A model generated the notes under the pieces. The model was not told the DNA's origin. It was given only the letters and a program-made list of their open reading frames with translations, and did not search any database. The position numbers and the translations under genes were made by a program. Shown one piece after another: positions 57,201 through 64,000 of a stretch of DNA of 64,000 nt; positions within the stretch are counted from its first letter, which is position 1; every line of letters starts with the position of its first letter. This stretch comes from Eledone cirrhosa (lineage: Eukaryota): the NCBI GenBank assembly GCA_964016885.1, contig OZ024740.1, forward strand, positions 118,234,001 through 118,298,000, given 5' to 3'.

Positions 57201-57499
57201 TTATACGCAAGCAACCAGAGTTTGAACTATTATGGAATTATGTATGAGAAATGTCTAGTAGAAGTTACCAATCAGTCGAAAGTATGTAGCAACAAACTTT
57301 TTAGATTTAAAACTAAATTTTACTGAGTAAATTAACAGTTGAATTATATTTTCTAGATCTTAGCTAAAAAGAAAATCTAAAACTATTCAAAAATCTAAAC
57401 TCATTTTTTCTTCTTCCTTGCCTTTAAGCATAACCTGGAATATTATTAACGCGTAGATCAATATTTTGTAAAGGCGTGAATTTTATTGTGTAGAACATC

Positions 57500-58250
57500 C
57501 TGAATGCCATTTCCCACCTTCCGCTGAGACATAATGCCTTGATGGTTGGACGGATGGGGAAGCTAGCCAACTGAAACAAGACCCTCCTCCACATTGTCCA
57601 CTATAGTAAACACGGTAACAATGATATCAGAAATACATGGGTACCTTATGGATTTAGTGACTGGCTGTGGCTTCAGCTGGCGATGGTACTGGTGGTGACA
57701 AAAGATGACAGATTGTAACATGCCTATGGACCACCTAATGATCACCAAACAGTCGTGCGGTCCCACCTCTGAAGCCCAGGAAGAGAGAAAGACATTCATG
57801 CAGTCCCTTCCTCCTTCCCATCAAGCACAGAACCTCAGATTTGCCACTATAAATGACAGAACAATGATAGGTAAGTGTGATGAGATTGTGGAGATGCTAG
57901 AGGGGAGACTATTAGATGTATGCTGTGTGCAAGATGTGAGGTGGTGGAGGCACTTTGGCCATATTTGTCATAGGAAAGGTACACTATTACAAATTCTTCA
58001 GGGTGGATAGCACAGATGGGGTGCATGGGGTAGGTATACTACAAACTGAGTGATGGGTAGACCAGATATTTTGAGTAGTCAGAGTGTGTGATAGAATAAT
58101 TAAAATTAGTCTAGCCTTTGTTAATACAACAGTCACTATATTATCCATGTATGCTACACAAGCTGGACTAGCAGACGAGCAGAAGAACTGCTTCTATGCG
58201 GTCCTATTACAGACTCAAGGACAAATTACAGTGATCTCATTATCGCAGCT
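57500..58250 (+). mobile_element. Degenerate RTE 5' region / APE endonuclease fragment
   Basis: LRFATIN..TM.GK..EIVEML..R.LDVCCVQDVRW, DRI, ILSMYATQAG. Confidence 0.75.
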
Positions 58251-59042
58251 TGTAGCTACTCTCTTCACCCCTATGCACTTCACTCATGCCGACTCCACTA
58301 TCACTCCATAGCTGTTCTGTCCATCACTACACCTCCTCTTCTCGGCACTGGTGAGTGCCATCGCCATCCACGCTATTGAACAAACCATCTACGTCCCTCC
58401 CGCCTACAACCACCACTTTCTTGCTTTTGGTATTCTCACCACCGCATTCCCTCCCCCTATACTATCAAAATCACTCCTTCTACTTCCCCACTCAATACCC
58501 TTTCAAATCGTACCACACTTGCTCTAACTTCCTACGTATCTCCCTTTTACCATTCCCATTCTACCTCCTATACAGCAGGGAGGCCTCTTCCATTGAGCCA
58601 AGAACCAACAACCTCTCCATCGTTGGTCCCACGAAAATGCACCTGGTTCACCTTGCACGGTAGTTGCTGACGAGAAGGGCACACCATTGTATAAAGCATG
58701 CCTAAAAAGGATTGAAAGAACCCTTCAATTGTGTCATGGCATGCAAAGCTTTCTAGTGTAGGTGATCTATTAGATACACACCCAGTTCATGCTGGTAAAC
58801 GTGGTTTGAGTTAGGAAGGGCATCCAACCATAGATATCTTCCCAAACAAATAGTCGGGTGGATCCTTCAGTTGTGTCAAAGACATAGCAGACTCTTTTAT
58901 GAACTGGATAGAATGTGAAACCATACATAAGAGATGATGATGAATATATATATATATATATCACGATAAATTAACTGAGCCATAGACTCTCGTTAGTCCC
59001 TGTCAATAATTTGCTCAAAAGAAAAGGAATCCTGAACTCTTT

Positions 59043-59497
59043 AAAAGGTAACACACTAGAGAGAAATAGTGCACCATCAATAACACAGGGAAAAACCACC
59101 AGTGTATGGAATCTATAACCTATGAAAGGCAGGGTAGACACACAATAATTAAAAATATAAATTAAAATGTATATACGCACCTCTATAACTATATAACACA
59201 TGCGTACAAATCCAAAGAGATCTGTTTCATCAGGAAGTTGTTGACTGAAATGGAATAGCCTATGGTTCATCAGCGCGTGCAAAGCTATACATTTCAGACA
59301 ACTCTAAGAGAATCTAAAGTGATCGTCCAGCTGTACGCGTGTGGCATATAGTTATAGAGGTGCATATATTCATTTTAATTTATATTTTTAATTATTGTGT
59401 GTCTACCCTGCCTCTCATAGGTTATAGATTCCATACACTGGTGGTTGTTCCCTGTTTTATTGATGGCGCACTATTTCTCTCTAGTGTGTTACCTTTT
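59043..59497. repeat. Inverted repeat with ~165-bp arms (PLE pLTR inversion)
   Basis: 59043-59208 matches the reverse complement of 59332-59497. Confidence 0.92.
59199..59280 (-). ncRNA. Type I hammerhead ribozyme with stable stems I and III
   Basis: CACGCG-CTGATGA-[38 nt]-GAA-ACAGATC TCTTTG GATTTGT-A-CGCATG. The other arm of the inverted repeat has the perfect CGCGTG. Confidence 0.7.
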
Positions 59498-59586
59498 CAA
59501 TATATTATATTTTATATATATATATATAATAGAAAAAAAACGAGGAAGTTTCGTTTACATACAAAAGATATTTATTGTGTATTGAA

Positions 59587-59674
59587 CTGTTATGCGTGTT
59601 TCACAGAGGATTGGCTCAAGGTGACCCATAGGAGTTATGGGCCCGACCCCATTATCAATCTACTCCTCAAACTG
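59587..59674 (-). ncRNA. Degenerate hammerhead-like motif with long stem II
   Basis: CAGT-TTGAGGA-..GATTG..CAATC..-GAAAC ACGC ATA-ACAG, then AATAAA. Confidence 0.4.
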
Positions 59675-60519
59675 ACGATGTGACTTATATAAATATAGAC
59701 TTAAGAAAATTAACAAAGAAAGGACAAGAAAATGAATGGAAAGAAAACAAAATAAAAAACAATGTTTGAAGGAGGACCTTAAAAGATCATTTTTTAAAAA
59801 TAAATATATAAACTATGGACACAGAATTCCATGTTCATTGGCTGTTGAGAATGACTTGAGCAGCTTCGACTCCTACAATGGTACTGCCGGTCAATTCGAG
59901 GTCGCAGCATCTGATATAAGCCAAATGCTGTCCAAAAGAGAAGAGATGAAAGATAAAACAGTAATTTATAGCTGTTAAGTTACAAAACATACAATTTTGT
60001 GTGACGTTAGGGAAAATGTCTGGTACCTCACATTGAACGTGAAAACATGTGAAACAAAGAAAAAAAAAAGAAAGAAGAAAAAAAACAAGAAGAAGAAGAA
60101 AGTAAGATATCGTGTTGAAAAATGTAAGCCATTACAATAAATGGTGGAGAAGAGAAAAACAACTGCCTTCTAAAAATACTGCCTAAATAAATGCCTGGAG
60201 TTTTTCATTTGATGCCCGCACAAAGCAAAATTTGTTCTAGATAAATAGTCGAGACTAGACTTATAGTTTAGACTTTTTAAAATAACTCGTCTCTTTGTTG
60301 AACACAAGTTATCTATCCTTTTTGAATTAGAATTATCCCCCTTAGTTTTATAAGGTTTAATATATATATTTAACTAATAAATATGTTCAGGATTACCTGC
60401 CCATAGAACTCTCCTATGCTATCAAGAATCTCCCTGGAAGGCTAAATTATTTGGGCTAACAACTGAACAAAACTTAAGTACTTGCTTATGCTACTGTTGT
60501 AACTGATTATATCTACATA

Positions 60520-60920
60520 TTATCAACTGGTAGAATGTCGGTCACCATGCTTTGTGACATAGAGTTACGTCCCTTTTCATGCTGAATTCAAACCCAGCAG
60601 AGATTAGCTTTGACTTACAGGGTTGATAAAATAAAGCACCAGTAAAGAACTAGGTGGGGTCGATATAATCGACTTTTCCCTCCCCTTCAAATTGCTGGGC
60701 TTTTGCCTAAAATAGAATCAATTATCATTGGTGAATTGGCAGTATCAGTAGAGGGTCGGACGCCATGCTTTGATGCATAGAGTTACGGCCCTTGCCATTC
60801 TGAGTTCAAATCCCGCCGTGGTTAACTTTACCTTTCATCCTTACGGGGTCGATAAAATAAATTACCAGTAATACACTGGGTAATTGCTGGCATTGTGCCA
60901 AAAGTAGAAACAATTATTAT
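60520..60920 (+). mobile_element. Two tandem Nin/Deu-like SINEs (older 60520-60722, younger 60730-60920)
   Basis: A and B boxes, GGGGTCGATAAAATAAA..CCAG, GTAGAAACAATTATT tail. Confidence 0.85.
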
Positions 60921-61239
60921 TACTATTACTTTTGTTACCAGTACTACAACAAAGCCATACGAGGAATGTAAGTTTCGTTGGTTAGAAGGACCAACTTTTC
61001 ATCCCCTCCCGACGCATGTTAAAAATTTGGTCCTTGTAAGCAATGAAATGTACATTCCTGGTATGGCTTCATTTTAGTACTAGTAATAACATTATATTAA
61101 AAATCATCCTTGAGTTGCCCTCTGCCTTAGATATTTCTACCAAGTTATAACCACTATGTGTGTGTGTGTGTGTGTGTGCATGTGTGTGTGTGTGTGTGTG
61201 TGCATGCTCATACATATATATTGCACCAAGTAATAAATT

Positions 61240-61825
61240 TAATATTTGTTTCAGACCTAATGCGTATCCCGAGACCCCAAAGTGATTCTGAAAGGGGGCA
61301 AACTGTGACAATTGGAACCTGGAGCAGCACAACCCTTGCAGGTAAGGAGCAGAAACTAGTGGAGGAGACTAGATGCTACTGGCTAGATATAGTCAGGGTT
61401 TCCTCAAGAAAGTTCCATGGCTCTGATATTGTAGATTTGGATGGAGGATGGAAACTCCACTATTCAGTTGTGGCACCAGAAATGACTGCACAGGCGGGAG
61501 TAGTAATACTCAAACCCCCAGCTGTCAGAATATGTTATGAACGGGATCCCATTAATAGGGAGGATTCACCTCGTGAAGCTTAAGCTGAAAGATTGGTCTC
61601 TGTGGGTGGTGCAAGTTTATGCATCAGACAAGGAATCCAAATACAAGTCCTTCCTTGATAAAGTCACTGCAGCATTAGTTGTAGTTATGACTGAGTCATA
61701 TATCCTGATGGTAGACTTCAATGTACATATTGGCTCTGACCAGCTCACATAGAAAGGAATGATGAGAAGGAATGGCGACCCCAATCTAAATACAAATGGA
61801 GAGGCCTTATTAGACTTATAGCTAA
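61240..61825 (+). mobile_element. Degenerate RTE APE endonuclease fragment
   Basis: TIGTW..TTL.GKE..LV.E...LDIV, GWKLHYS..AQAGV, VQVYA, ILMVDFNVHIG, N.NGE.LL. Confidence 0.8.
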
Positions 61826-62774
61826 AAGAAATATCCTTTACTTTCAGATTTTTCAACTTTTAATTTACTTTACAACAATATGATTCATTATTTTGTAACA
61901 CTACATTTCAAGGTATTCTATATTTACATAATTAGTTTTATGAATATAGCACTAATAGCATCAGAACTCTTTAATATTTCATGTTCTAAATAATATTTAA
62001 GAAAATAAATAAATGTCCAAATAATTTTTAGAAACCAGCAAGAACCACCACCAACGAAAATAACACAACATAAAATAAAAATTTAATACGTGTCACTTTT
62101 GATGAATCTTACTGACGTAATTATTTTTGAAAGGTAGTAATTTTTAAATTATTTATGTATTATATATCACTATGGGTGATATATTATTATATATAGCACC
62201 ATAGGTATTTTTAAAGAGTTGCTGTATATCTGGTATCTCTGAAGAAAATTATTAATTCATTTATTACTTGAAGTTACTGATAAACCTTATGCATTTAATT
62301 AACTGCTTCAATATTTTCCTGTCACTGTAATTTTGAAATCTGTTTTCTTTTGTCTAATGTTTATATCTGCTTTTAGCTATTTCACTTCGGCTACTGTATA
62401 CATTTATAACATGAAATACCAGAAAAACCAATCAAATCAAACATTAATACATAATAATAATGTTTATATTTATTCATATAGAGTTCTTGTTTCTTTTGAA
62501 AGAGAAAATAATATATTTGATATAAAGTTTCTTACTTTGACCACAGTGGAATTCAAAGTTAACCTGGCATCAATGAGAGTCAAATACAAGGTCATAATAT
62601 AACTTAACTATTCTTAATGCCACATGTAAGAACATTAACAACAGCACATCAGCTTCCTCTCCAAACCTTCCTACCCAACAAAGGAAAATAAGGAGAATAA
62701 TATGTTTTCGTTTTACTTTCATCATCATCATAATTATCATTGTTTAACGTCCATCTTCCATGCTAACATTATTT

Positions 62775-62967
62775 ATCGGTGGATTGGCAGTATCGGTAGA
62801 GGGTTGGACACTATGCTTTGACGTATAGAGTTACGCCCCTTGCCATTCTGAGTTCAAATCGCGCCGAGGTTAACTTTGCCTTTCATTCTTACTGGGTCAA
62901 TAAAATAAAGTACCAGTAATGCACTGGGTAATTGCTGGCCTTGTGCCAAAAGTAGAACCAATTATTT
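62775..62967 (+). mobile_element. Nin/Deu-like tRNA SINE
   Basis: Same family as 15846-16033. Confidence 0.88.
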
Positions 62968-62980
62968 ATATATATATATA

Positions 62981-63349
62981 TCATCATCATCATCATTGCC
63001 ATTTTACGTCTATTCTTCCACGCTAGCATGGATTCGACGGGTTGTCTTGTTGTGTGCAGTGCCAGGTCAGGTGACCTTGTCCTGCTCATATGGCAACTGA
63101 TTTTGGCTTGATTTCTACAGTTGGATGCCCTTCTTAACACCGACCTCATTTATAGTGAGTGCTGGGTGCTTTTTCCGTAGTGCCTACATGACCACTTTAC
63201 AGTGTGGGCTGGGTGCTTTTTTGTCGTGATACCTCCATGACCACTTTACACTAGGACGGGATGACGGCATATTGTCTATATGCAGTACCTGTGTGAAGTC
63301 GGGTCTTCTGTGTTACTGCTTGATGTCAGAGGTCATGGTCCTGTGTCAT
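62981..63349 (-). mobile_element. RTE 3' end (same subfamily as 38040-38420)
   Basis: Aligns by eye to the 3' UTR and last codons of the 38346..39971 element; (TA)n on both sides. Confidence 0.85.
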
Positions 63350-63449
63350 ATATATATACTGAAGTAAAAGTTAAGTGGAAATATCCAAGAGAAAGAGCAC
63401 TCAGTCCATAGGACGAGTTTAGTATAAATAATTACAACAGTGACATAAA

Positions 63450-63497
63450 CAGGTGCTCAAGTTTCGTTGGGTTCTGGGCCCCAATTCATTCAGCCTG
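63450..63497 (-). ncRNA. Hammerhead-like motif with 8-nt CTGAATGA core (sister copy at 60438-60484 +)
   Basis: CAGG-CTGAATGA-ATTGGG..CCCAAC-GAAAC TTGA GCA-CCTG. The sister reads AAGG-CTAAATTA-..-AAAAC TTAA GTA-CTTG. Confidence 0.55.
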
Positions 63498-63534
63498 CCA
63501 TGAGAAAAAAGAAAATATATATATATATATATAT

Positions 63535-64000
63535 GACCCTGCTCAGTGATTAAGAAAAAAAGTGTGCGTAGAAATTCCATCCTTTGTCCCAAATGCAAAT
63601 TATCGGTACAGAAGTGATGTAGCGGGATCTCAGGTAGGCTAGCGACTAACATAGGTTTCTACATGTGGTCATTGCACAGGGGCAGTAAGCAGCAAACCCC
63701 CGCATGAAACAAGCTCCATCAAATTCTTAGAGAGTTCCTTAGAAGTAGTTGACAACTATGATACTTAGGTGACCAAATTAACAGTGGGTGTTTGAAAGAA
63801 CATTAGCTAAAGTGAAAATGGGATGGAAAAAGTTCAGAGAGCTACTACCACTGCTAGCTACAAAACGTTATTCCCTCAAAAGGAAGAGCAGATTCTATGA
63901 TGCTTGATATACGAACATCAATGTTATGGGAATAAGATCTGGGCACTGTGTGTATAGGATCTACGTAGATTGAAAAGAAATGAAGGTTGGTGACACAACA
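63535..64000 (+). mobile_element. Degenerate RTE RT-PHD fragment running off the window
   Basis: [36 protein letters not shown]. Confidence 0.85.

Overview
AT-rich, microsatellite-dense animal DNA with no host protein-coding gene I can recognise. It reads as intergenic or deep-intronic sequence made almost entirely of transposable elements. The tRNA-headed CORE-type and Nin/Deu-type SINEs, RTE LINEs and long (TA)n/(CA)n tracts suggest an octopod cephalopod (inference). Penelope-like elements (PLEs) dominate. Four copies have RT plus a C-terminal GIY-YIG and resemble the Hydra clade, one of them near full-length at ~22320-26515 with direct and inverted pseudo-LTRs. Two more are Neptune-like copies. 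Also present are several RTE LINEs with a PHD finger inside the RT, a CR1-type LINE, Tx1/L1 and CRE-type 3' fragments, and a complete but decayed hAT-Charlie transposon with TIRs and an 8-bp TSD. The most striking non-coding signal is about 20 hammerhead-ribozyme (HHR)-like motifs read by eye. Several have non-canonical cores that recur in separate copies (CCGAAGA, an 8-nt CUGAAUGA) or 60-80-nt stem II insertions. About ten fold-back inverted repeats also occur, most next to (TA)n tracts. All structures were paired by eye and no activity is demonstrated.
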